Shown here piece after piece: positions 52,997-64,000 of a stretch of 64,000 bases of DNA. Source of the stretch: Geosiphon pyriformis uo1. Its lineage: Eukaryota; Fungi; Glomeromycota. The stretch lies in the NCBI GenBank assembly GCA_016748015.1, contig JAAOMT010000303.1:744001-808000 (forward strand). The letters are read 5' to 3'. The notes beneath the pieces are model-generated. The model worked only from the letters and a program-made list of their open reading frames with translations. It did not search any database and was not told the origin of the DNA. A program made the translations under genes and the position numbers. Numbering within the stretch: position 1 is the first letter of the stretch; every line of letters begins with the position of its first letter.

Positions 52997-54200
52997 TTAA
53001 AGATAAAATTTTGTTTTTAAAAAAGTAAACAAAGTTTTTTTATTACAAGCTTTAAATCAATTACTTGGCCTTAAAAATTAAGATAAAAATCATTTTTATT
53101 AACTAAAAAAATTCAGATAAGTTTAATTTGACTATTAATTTTTAATATTTTATTAAAATAGACATCTTGTATTAATGAATTTAAATCATTCATATAAGTA
53201 GTAAAGCTTGTACCAACTTTATATTATGAATAAATAAAAATTAATAGTTAACTATTACAAAAAATATTATTTGTATTACTTGGATTTATTATTAAATAGA
53301 CTAATAGAATCAATTTTTGCTATATATTAATTGAAAAATCATAATTTGGTAGTATAACTGGCTTTTAAAAACTTTGCATAATTTGAAAAGTTTTTTCAAA
53401 TATAAGAATATTAAAAAAAAATTTGGCTTTGTTATTTTGTAAAATAACTACAATTGAATAGAAAATAAGACTGTAAATTGTTTAGTTTTTTTTATTAAAG
53501 CAAAACAATAGTGTTTATTAGAGTGTTTTTTTTATTTTATTTTATAAAACAGAAGCAATTACAATATTGGCTGAATAGTAATAGGCTTTTGCTAATATTA
53601 TAGTTGATTAATATAATAATAAATAATTATTTAGAGTAATACAAAAAAGATATTTAATATATTTTAAATTTAGTATTTTATAGAGATAATTAATAGTTCT
53701 AACTTTTATAATTTTTTTTTTTTTTTTNNNNNNNNNNNNNNNNNNNNAAAAAAAATTTGGCTTTGTTATTTTGTAAAATAACTACAATTGAATAGAAAAT
53801 AAGACTGTAAATTGTTTAGTTTTTTTTATTAAAGCAAAACAATAGTGTTTATTAGAGTGTTTTTTTTATTTTATTTTATAAAACAGAAGCAATTACAATA
53901 TTGGCTGAATAGTAATAGGCTTTTGCTAATATTATAGTTGATTAATATAATAATAAATAATTATTTAGAGTAATACAAAAAAGATATTTAATATATTTTA
54001 AATTTAGTATTTTATAGAGATAATTAATAGTTCTAACTTTTATAATTTTTTTTTTTTTTTTGTCTGCAGCTTTAAACTCAATTTATTTTTAATATATATT
54101 TATATAATTTTAAATATTAAATCAAAAAAATAAGTGATTAGATAAGTTATATTTTATAATTTTTTGATGTTTTTTCAAGATTTTTGTTTTTTTTGTCTGA
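52997..54200 (-). pseudogene. Zator-like relic copy 2, N-terminal and catalytic half
   Basis: Reverse complement of ~9010-10040 with an internal deletion; reads LQNNKAK..PVILPNYDF..YKVGTSFTTYMNDLN. Confidence 0.78.
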
Positions 54201-55089
54201 TTTTATTTTAGTATTTTGTATAATGTTTTAATTTTTTTATTTTTTTAGTTTTATTATGCAAAATTTTTTTAAGATTTGTAATATAAATCAAAAAATTATA
54301 CTGAATTTTTAAGTTAATAATAAAATTATAAATTTATTAAAGCTTAGTAAACTTCTTATTATTTGTATTAATGCTTTTTATAGCTTTTTTCTATATTAAA
54401 ACATTAAAAAAAATTATATTATCTACAATAATTTCTTTAATTGTCTTTAAAATAATTGAAGTTAAGGTAGTTTGAATGGTTTTAAAGTTTTAAAATAATA
54501 GTTGGTTATAAAAAATACAAAAATTTTTGAATTGAAATTAGAATTGCCAAATATTTTTTAATTTTTTGTAAAAATTTATGCCAAATTTTTTTTATGCATT
54601 AATATACTTAGTACATAAATTGAACTTTTAATATGCTGAATTTTCTGTGTTTATTATATAACTATATTTAAATATATTGCAAAATTTTTGGTATTAATTT
54701 GTAAAAGTTTTATAAATATAAAACTTGTTGTATTGTAATATAGTTAAAAAACTTGTATATTAAGAGAGTTTAATAATAAATAAAATCAAAAATACAATAT
54801 TAAAGATATAACAAATTAAAAAATATAAAACATAAATAAAAGATATATTAGATCAGAAAATAAAAAATATATTAGATTAAAAAATAAAAAACATATTAGA
54901 TTAAACACAAATTCGTAATTATTTTTATATAAATAAAACAATATAATAAGTTAAAATAATTATATTATGTTATAATTATATATTATAAATAGCATATTAT
55001 TATAATATAAGATAATATTATTATAAAATATTTAATTATTTTATTAAAGAGAAAAAAAAATAATCCTATAATAATTGATAATGATATAA

Positions 55090-55750
55090 TATATGTTTGT
55101 CTTCTAAATATAATATGTTTTTTAATCAAATCTTTTATAATTAAGTTTATAAATAATTTAATATTATTAAAATCTAAAACCAACTTATTATCTATATTCA
55201 TATAATTTAAAACTATTTTTTAAAACACTACAAATTATATAGCTTTTATTATTAACAAATTTTTTATATATATTTTAATTGTTTTATTAATTTTATTTGA
55301 TTTAATCTTATAAATTCATTATATTTTTAAAGATAGTAATTTTAAATAAAACAAATTTAATAACATTAAAATTAAAATTATTGTATATTAAAACTTAAAT
55401 TATAAATACTTTTAAAGAATTCAAAATTAATTATTTACATATTAAATAATTAAACTTAAAGCTAAAACAAACAACAAAAAACTTAATAATTCTAAAAATT
55501 AAAAGCTTTAAACCAAAAAATATAAATTAAAATTAAAATTAGCAATAAACTAAAGTTAAATATAATATTAATAATAAATTTTTATAATAATTTGGCTGTT
55601 AATAAAACTTTTAATAATATAATAACTCTTTAAGAATTATAGTTTTTTAATATTAAAAATAATATAAATAATATTGTTAAATAATTAAGCAAAATAGTTT
55701 GTAATAATAATATTTTGTTAATAAATATATATAAAATAATTTTTTAAAAT
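55090..55750 (-). mobile_element. Ghost LINE, piece 4 (linker upstream of RT; may extend to ~56150)
   Basis: FFGLKLLIFRIIK (=FFGLELLVAKIIK), FVNNKSYIICSV (=FELDKGHTIRSV), NIDNKLVL..LIIKDLIKKH (=VVDDELVL..AVMEEWTRKR). Confidence 0.72.
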
Positions 55751-56622
55751 TGATTTTTTTTAAGTTGAATTTATATCTGATTATATATAAAAAACATTTA
55801 AGTTTTAAATTACTTAATATATTATATTAAATAGTTAAATTTATATACTAAATAATAAAAATATAAATATAAATATAAATATTTTTAATTTAATATTAAA
55901 AAATAAAAAACTATATTTATATAAATGTTTATATAAGAAAAAAATATTTTCTATTTAAAAAATTTTAAATACAATAGTTTAACAGATTATACTATTATTT
56001 TTTTCAAAATTTTTTTTAATGTTATAATAAAATAAAAAATACATATTATTTTTTAAAAAGAACAACAAAAATAAAAAAGATATTAATATACTAAGATCAT
56101 AAAAAAATAAATAAAGATCTTGTTTTTATTGTTTATTATAACATAAAATATTAAAAATATTGTTAAATAATATTTATTAAAAAAATTTAATTTATCCGTC
56201 AGGAGAAATCTATAAAAAAAGCTAAATTATTTATAAGTCAAAAAATTTTTGTGTGACTTAGATTTTAACTACTGATTATTAAAAGATTTGGATAATTTCA
56301 AATTGAAATCAAAAACTTTGACATTTAGATTCTCCAACCTTCTGGAATTTATATTTATGTATTAGTGAGTCTCATGACCTTCTAATAATCTAATTGATAT
56401 CACCATAATCAACTTGTTAATGTATCACTAGCGCCGATCAAACAGATTTCCAAGAATCGGTCCTTCTGTATAACAGATAATAGAAGTTATTTAAACCGGT
56501 GTTAAAGGAGTGTTAAACGACATACTTTGTCACATTTACGTCAACACCGACTTCCACCCAGATATCCTTATTTTCCCTGGTTTTTCAACTCAAAATCTGT
56601 TGACCTCTTTCTAATCAACGAA

Positions 56623-57973
56623 ATGAACCCTGAATAGTGAGTTTTGTTTTTCCTTTTAAAATTCTCCTAACTTGTTTATACTTGCATTTATAGCCATTGC
56701 GTTTTTGAGAAACCAAACTCACGATGGCGATTTAACAAGAAAGCTTAAGGTGTTTGGAGGCCTTCATGCATGAAAGCATGAGAAGTATCAATCTCAACAA
56801 ATGAACGGAAAATGTCTTCATATTCCCATTCTATGCTTTCGTGTCCCGATTGATACGTCGCTGCCAAGATAGACTTCCAATTTATGTGAATAATTAGACT
56901 TGAATTTAATCACGATGGATCTTATCTTTCCCTACTCAGCGATTACCTATTCAAGCTTCTTCTAATTGGGGATTCTGGTGTGGGTAAATCTTGCTTGCTT
57001 CTCCGATTTGCTGATGATACATACACAGAAAGCTATATTAGTACAATTGGTGTTGATTTCGTAAGTAATTACACATTCAAACAAATTTTTTCATATTTCC
57101 TTAAAATCTGCCCTGATTGATACTGATAGGTATTTTTGAACAGAAAATCCGAACAATTGAACTTGAAGGCAAAACTGTGAAATTGCAAATTTTAAGTATT
57201 TCCTTCAACACTTCAAAGCTACCAATTTTTTGTTTCTCATCCAATATTTCATCATTTCTTGATTCTCCTTTTTTAATCTTTTTATATTCTAATAGTGGGA
57301 TACTGCGGGTCAAGAAAGATTTCGTACAATCACCTCGTCTTATTATAGGGGTGCACACGGTATAATTGTCGTGTATGACGTGACTGATCAGGATACTTTT
57401 GCCAACGTTAAACAATGGCTTCAGGAAATTGATCGCTATGCTTGTGAAGGTGTTAACAAATTGTTAGTGGGAAATAAGAGTGACTTGACGAATAAGAAAG
57501 TAGTGGACTACACAGCTGCAAAGGTGAGTTTGGTTACAAGCGAGAAGTCCTGATTCAAATGTTTGATAATTTCTGGATAGGGTAACGCATCTAAGGTGTA
57601 GCTATGGGCAGAATATCAATTTTCTGGAACTAAATATTACTCATGATGCCTTGCTTTCAATATACTTATTTTTCACAGGAATTTGCTGATGGATTGAGTA
57701 TTCCTTTCTTGGAAACATCAGCCAAGAATGCGACAAATGTTGAATCAGCTTTCCTGACAATGGCTAAGCAAATAAAGGATAGGTGATATATTTTTTTTCA
57801 CGAAATTTTGAATCATTAAATCCAGTAAAATAAATTCATTAACTCACATATTTGTATCACGAACTCGTCACAGAATGGGTACACCACAAGTTGTTTCTGG
57901 TGCTCCAAAGCAGACTGTAAATTTTGGTACTGGAACAACGGTGCCTCAACAATCCAGCGGGGGATGCTGTTAA
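56623..57973 (+). CDS. YPT1: Rab1/Ypt1 small GTPase; exons 56623-56636, 56940-57060, 57144-57191, 57296-57523, 57679-57782, 57874-57973
   Basis: [48 protein letters not shown]. Confidence 0.97.
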
Positions 57974-58415
57974 ATATCTGAGTATTAAATCGCTTCTGCG
58001 TTGATCAGGTTGTTTGTCTTTAATTAGAATGATATTAGAAGTTTCGCACATGTGCCCATTGCACATGTTTTATCTTTTTTTTTCATGTAATTTGATTTAT
58101 TTGCTTATTTTGGCAGGATATATTTTTGATATCTTTAATTATTTTATACAGCCAATTTCCCTATTTTCGTTTGAGTATTGCTGGTGACAAGTGAATTTTA
58201 CTCGGTGGTTGACGAATTGTGACAAAATTATCAAATGTTGAATAAAGTCAATATCGTGATAGGGATACATTGTCATATTTTATTTTCCTCTAAAACTCAC
58301 ATTTAGATAAGATTTTGGGGTGAGAATTGGTTTTTAACATATAATTTCAAGTTGATCTTTTCAGTCGGGATTTTTTTTGAATATATATTCAGAATTTCTT
58401 ATACCCGAAAAAAAT

Positions 58416-59347
58416 CTATGGCTTTTTTTGTGTTAAAACCTCATTCTCGACTTCATTAATATCATCTTGATTAGACGAAATTACAGTACGAAAAGTTAGG
58501 CTAACCCTTCGATCTCTGACTATCTTTTCTTCACCATAAAACTCAACCAAATCTTTCGAAATAGAATGTTTATAATCAAAACGACATGATTCCGTCATCA
58601 TTAGTAAGGAACGTGGACCTTTTTACATAATGTTGGAAATGGAAACATTTATATTGAATATTCAAAAGCAGAAGGTAATAAAAGATCGCTTACGTAATAT
58701 TACGGAAAATTGGTTTGTTGGATCAATCACGTGAGTGAAAGTTATTAGACATGATGAGAGTAGAGAGAGACTGAGTATAATTGGACCAAACAGGGATGGG
58801 GCATCTGTGTGAGCCATTATTCCTTTAATTTTTCAAATCAAATTTTGTTAAAAATATGAAAATCTCCCAATTTCATTTAGAAATTCAAAAATAATTCACC
58901 TTGGCCTGGTTGATACTCATTGACGATACACATATTTGGAGGCATTTTTAGAATTCCTTGTTTGATACATTTTAAAATAATGAAATCCATAAATTTTGGG
59001 AGAGGGCCAAGGTATTTGGACACTTTTCTGTGTTATACGAAAAGTTAAAAATTAAAAACAGTAATTTTCTTATTAACAAAGATCAGGAATAATTTACCTA
59101 TAACGATAATTGAACTCATGACCATAATGTTGAGTTCTTCTTTTCATTTCGGGATTTGGCCTTTGAAATACAAAATATTCACATTCCTCGTTCTTGATTG
59201 AAGTTCAAATCAATAAAAAATTCCTTACTCTTTTCCATTTCCACCCCATGGGATCTTTTCAATATGATTAAGCAATACTTTTTCTTCGGATTTATTTATA
59301 AAATTCTCAATAACTATCAGACCTTGAATATTTTTATTTGTATACAT
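58416..59347 (-). CDS. AlkB-family 2OG-Fe(II) dioxygenase, multi-exon (start uncertain)
   Basis: GLIVIENFI, RRTQHYG, PNMCIVNEYQPGQ, IMAHTD (HxD), YKHSI and RRVSLTFR. Confidence 0.88.
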
Positions 59348-59803
59348 CTGATTTGAATAAATCTGGATTTCCAAGTTGAAAATCGTATGAATTTTGGCTT
59401 TCGCAATATATCATTACATCATCATCTTTATGTGCATCTTATTAAGGAATTAATCGCCGTTAAGAATTGAGCTAAGCAAAAAAAAACAAACAAGAAAGAA
59501 TGTTGATCAACTTATCAGTTATCAGTTATTTTCAGCGACAAGATGCATATTCTCAAAACCAATTTACACTATCAAAAATTAAAATCTAAAATTCGAGGCC
59601 TCCATCATTGAAAGACTAAAGTTTTTAATGTTTCAAAAATCACAAGGTTGGCTTTTTACCAAAGTTTCTCTTATTAATTTCTACGTGCCAACTCATAATT
59701 CATCCTGCGCGCTAACAATTCAACCTCCTTTTTTTACAGAGAATATAAACATCATTCTATACTGCTAAAGTTTGCTTTTTTATAACTCGGATCGCTTCTA
59801 ACA

Positions 59804-61794
59804 ATGGGGAACGCGAATGGGGGAATGGACGTTGATTTCGATGAAGAAGGCAAGTATACTTGGCTTTGGTTACCAAATATCAAATATGTTGGAAATCTTG
59901 GAATAAGTAATCTACTTCCCAAGCTGTTCCATAGAACTTTCTTGGCTTACTTGTTTCCTTATGAATTTCAGTTAACCTTTCACATTTTAAACTACTAAGG
60001 GTGGTTGGTCGAGGTGCTTTTGGAAAGGTATGTTTAAAATAGACACGCTCTTACTAAACTCTAAGAAGAAACTTTAACACGCATCCTTGAGCTCCGAAAT
60101 GTCAAATCCTCACATAAATTTGGCTATTTCTTATTTGAATAGGTACGTATTGTAGAACGACGAGACAACAAACGTCTATTCGCTTTGAAATACATCTCGA
60201 AAGAAGAATGCATAAAAATGGATGCATTAAGAAATGTATTACGGGAGCGTTACATGTTAGAAGAGCTGGATCATCCTTTGGTTTGTAATCTACGCTTTGC
60301 CTTTCAAGATGACGAATATATGTATATGGTTATGGATTTAATGTAATTTGTCTGTCAATTTTTATATGATCTTTTTGATCTGATTCAGAATTTACTTACA
60401 AGAGCTGCTTATTTAATTTCATAGGATGGGTGGAGATCTTAGGTTCCATTTGAATCGAAAAACCTTTACCGAGGATGCGATTCGATTTTGGATTGCTGAA
60501 CTGGCTTGCGCTATAAGATATCTTCATTCAAAAGGCGTAGTTCATAGGTCTGAATTTAGAGATTGTTAAAATACTCTAATTAAAAACCAGCTGAATTTCT
60601 TCTCAATCATTATAAATATGGTCCTCAAAGAGATATCAAACCAGACAATGTTCTTTTAAACGACCTAGGTCATGCTCACTTAACAGATTTCAATATAGCA
60701 AGCCATATGCGACCAGATAAACCTTTAACATCACATTCTGGGACATGTGCTTACATGGGTAGGATTTTATTTTCTAATTTCTTGTTGACCCCATTAAACA
60801 TGATTTCTAAATTCTCGTTTTATCAAACATATCAGCTCCGGAAGTTTTTAGGGGTGGAGGTTATGGAGTGACTGTAGATTGGTGGTCTTTGGGCATTATC
60901 TTTTATGAGTGCGTTTACGGAAAGGTAGATTTACTCGATGAATTCAATTGTGGAAAATTTCCTCTAATTTTGTAAATTGGATTTCCTTGAATGATTATTC
61001 ATATTAAGGATAAAATTTTATTAGCGTCCATTCGAATGCGAAAATCAGGAAGAGCTTAGGAAAATGATTGTCAAAGCACCAATAAAATATCCTGATATGG
61101 ATCCCCCAGTGAGTCCAGCTTGTGTTTCAGCAATACAAGGAGTAAGATAAATTTACTAAACCAATCATTATCAAATTTCTATTTTTATGATTTTTAACCA
61201 GTCTTTCTTTATCACATTTTATTACCCTCAATGAATCCCTAATATATCACGAATCATAATTTCTTGAGTTAGTTCTTAGAACGAGATATAACACGACGTT
61301 TAGGATGTGGACCTAATGGCTTCATCCTTATTCAAGCCCATCCTTTCTTTCGGAATATCAATTGGCCCGCTCTCGAAACAAAAGAATTAGAGCCAATTTT
61401 CCGTCCTTCATCTGATCGAATCAATTTTGATGCTACTTATGATTTGGAGGAGTTGCTTCTTGAAGAACAACCATTAGAGGCAAAACCTCGAAGGCGGAAA
61501 GCAAGAAGACGAAATGAGGGTGAAGGATCCGAAAGGGAAGCACAATTTTTATTAATCGAAGAAAAATTCAAACCGTTTGATTATACAGTGTTTGAAAGAT
61601 ATGAAGGTTGGGTAGATCCTATAACCAGATGTGTTGGGGATCCACCTGAATGGGTGAAACCCGCCGCTGTGGAAGTAGAAAACATAAAGGAACGTGAGAG
61701 CCAAGAAATTCAGCAAAATGGTAAAACTTCGAGACCAGATAGTATTGTAGGTGGTTTGCAAGGAATACTTACAGATAATGGTGTCCTAGTATAA
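59804..61794 (+). CDS. AGC Ser/Thr protein kinase, STK32/YANK-like, multi-exon
   Basis: [92 protein letters not shown]. Confidence 0.93.
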
Positions 61795-62011
61795 ACATTC
61801 ATTATTTTTCTATAAAACTTGAAATCGGCACGGATTTCACATAATATATATATGTGCAAGGTCATATGCTTTTTTTTTGTATTTTTAGAATAATATTGTT
61901 TTATATGTCCCGAGACGGCATATTTAATTAATGGGTAAAGTGTGGATTAAGGGCCGATCAGACTAGGCTATTTCAATTCATTAAATTGCTTATATGATAA
62001 TGGCGAGGCTT

Positions 62012-63156
62012 TTATTTCTTCTGAAATGCCGCCAATTCTGGCCCATTCCAATCATAAAACCCACCGCTTAAATTCAGCGTACTTGGATCACCAGTAGCTA
62101 AATTTGCGATCACATAAGAGGGTTCATGTACGGGCACTAATTTTTTTTCTGCAAAAAGTGAAGTAAAATATTTGTAATCTTTTTCTGACATGAGTTTAGA
62201 GCCTGAAAATCAATTGTGTTAATAAATAATCGGGAAGAAATTTTTAGGACAATCAATATGAAAAACATACCTTTCTCCCGAATTAGAGCTTGCATCGCAG
62301 TGTCTACTACTCCTGGACGAATTGCAATAAATGTTATATCTGGTTCTTCGGTCGCCAAACACTTGGTCAACATATTCAGCCCAGCTTTGGATCTAATGGA
62401 TTTCAAAGTCAATCTGTATTTTCTTGAAAGTTCAAAGATAATTTCATTGCATCCTACGTGCAATAAGCCCCCCATCCGTAATACGTATGATTCGCAGCCC
62501 CTGAAGATACATTAATGACTCTACCTTTGGCTATGCGCAGATGAGGGATGGACTTTTGAACAAGTGAAAGCACGGAAAAGAAATTTATGTCAAAATGACT
62601 AATTTGTCAGAGAATTCCAGAATTGGGATTATTACAAATGAAATCTTGTAAAAAGCGAAATAACTTTTTGACTTACCGTTTCCATTCTTTGGGTTGAGCC
62701 TCAGAAATAGGGCCAATTGGTTCAATGGCACTAGAAAAATTCATATTAAAGTCAAACTTTAAATGAATAACATCAAATGATCAAATTAATTTTGAATTCA
62801 CCCTGCACTTGCTACAATGCCATCTAAGCGTCCCCATGTAACAAGACTTTTTTGGACAGCCGCTTCAAGGACAGAGTCATTAGTTACATCACCAACAATG
62901 ATTTCCAACCTTCCGTCCAAACCAAGTTCTTTTTGAATGTGTGTTTTAAGTAGGTTTAGATCATTCTCGGAACGCGCAATAGCTACGACGTTGCTATTGA
63001 ATTTTTGAATAGAAAGGAGAGTGACTGCATGACCGATACCCTATGAATGAATTATAGCTGGAGGCATCAGCAAGGTTAAAATTTCTTTCTGTTTAAGTTG
63101 AAAACACCACTGACTCGGGAGGCTCCAGTAACGATTATGCTCTGACGATCTGACAT
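62012..63156 (-). CDS. Short-chain dehydrogenase/reductase (sepiapterin/benzil reductase-like), multi-exon
   Basis: IIVTGASRGIG, VSSGAA, YCTSK (YxxxK) and RPGVVDTAMQ. Confidence 0.92.
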
Positions 63157-63302
63157 ATTTTTTATAGAAAATATTCTACTAGTGGTAGTCAAATACATCA
63201 ATTTAATTAATCTACGGCCATTAGCTCGTAATAGTCTTTTTTTCTTTTATAATAAATTTTCCCGATGTTATTGATTATGAGCCATCTCATTTGATCATTG
63301 AT

Positions 63303-63734
63303 TTAAAGCCTAGCCTTCAGAATACGAATGCCTTTTCTTTCCTTTTTGGGAACTTTGACCACCAACACTCCATTGCCAAATTCTGCTTTCACGTGTTCAA
63401 GATCCACAATACCCTTTGGAAACTTGAATTGACGCGAAATTTGACCTCGAATGCGTTCGACCTTAATCGGTTTTTCATTTTCATCTTCAATTTCTTTACG
63501 CTCAGCAGTGATAATTATTAAATTTTCATCTGGGGTAACATCAACATGGATGTTTTCAATGGGGATTCCAGGAAGTTCGGCACGTAAAATATATTGGTTT
63601 AGAGTGGCAGAAATGTCTAACGGAAAGCCAGGTGCTTGCAAAATGGGCCAAGAGAAAAAGGTCGCAGGGTTAGTTTGAAGCAAATAATGTGACTGCATGT
63701 CTCGTTCAAGAATGTCGTTAAGCAAGGAATACAT
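63303..63734 (-). CDS. Small heat shock protein (HSP20, alpha-crystallin domain), intronless
   Basis: PLDI..AELPG..ER..G..SRQFKFP..VKAEFGNGVLVVKVPK. Confidence 0.93.
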   Translation of the reverse strand: MYSLLNDILERDMQSHYLLQTNPATFFSWPILQAPGFPLDISATLNQYILRAELPGIPIENIHVDVTPDENLIIITAERKEIEDENEKPIKVERIRGQISRQFKFPKGIVDLEHVKAEFGNGVLVVKVPKKERKGIRILKARL

Positions 63735-64000
63735 TTTTAAAATAATTGAAGTCAGCCAAGTTGATATAGTTGATCCTGAAGTTTACGTCACTTTTGCGGT
63801 TACAAAATTTTAGAGAATACTTTTAATGTGACGCAGCGAAAAACATATCTCGAATGCCCCATCGAGCTCAAATATTTTGCACAATGCGAAGCTACTTTTC
63901 CTTTGCTGGCATTATTTTAATAAAAGAACAAATAGAAAGAGAACTTTGTGGAGAAGAGGAGCGTCAATAAAAACGAAAAGAAAATGCGAAGAGGAACAAT

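Larger units (their letters stand above)
42186..53747. other. Six 20-N scaffold gaps (42186, 42603, 50364, 50834, 51407, 53728) with duplicated flanking segments
   Basis: N runs. 50854-51406 repeats the sequence from ~50020, 42206-42602 overlaps it, and 53748-54061 repeats ~53413-53727. Confidence 0.9.

Noticed and set aside
53748-54061. Perfect tandem duplication
   Set aside because: Identical copies on either side of an N gap in otherwise decayed DNA indicate a contig overlap.

Overview
Eukaryotic, probably fungal DNA. The repeat proteins and intron style suggest Glomeromycotina or Mucoromycota; this is inference from recall, not a search. Positions 1-~56,200 are a nested transposon graveyard decayed by C>T/G>A transitions. 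It holds six RNase H-bearing LINE copies (two full length, one an AT-rich ghost split into four pieces), two Zator-like DDE transposase relics and three dUTPase-carrying Ty3/Gypsy elements from different families. After a sharp boundary, ~56,600-63,750 is an ordinary gene-dense block: Rab1/Ypt1, an AlkB-family dioxygenase, an STK32/YANK-like kinase, an SDR and an HSP20. The most novel-looking system is the Gypsy lineage. Both readable families are tricistronic. ORF1 is Gag-PR-(unknown Cys-rich domain)-dUTPase-RT-RNase H and ends at a conserved stop. ORF2 is a stand-alone integrase with its own ATG in a different frame. ORF3 is a conserved ~200-aa orphan in the env position that ends at the polypurine tract. 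Six 20-N gaps and duplicated segments show local mis-assembly around the right-hand LTR element.
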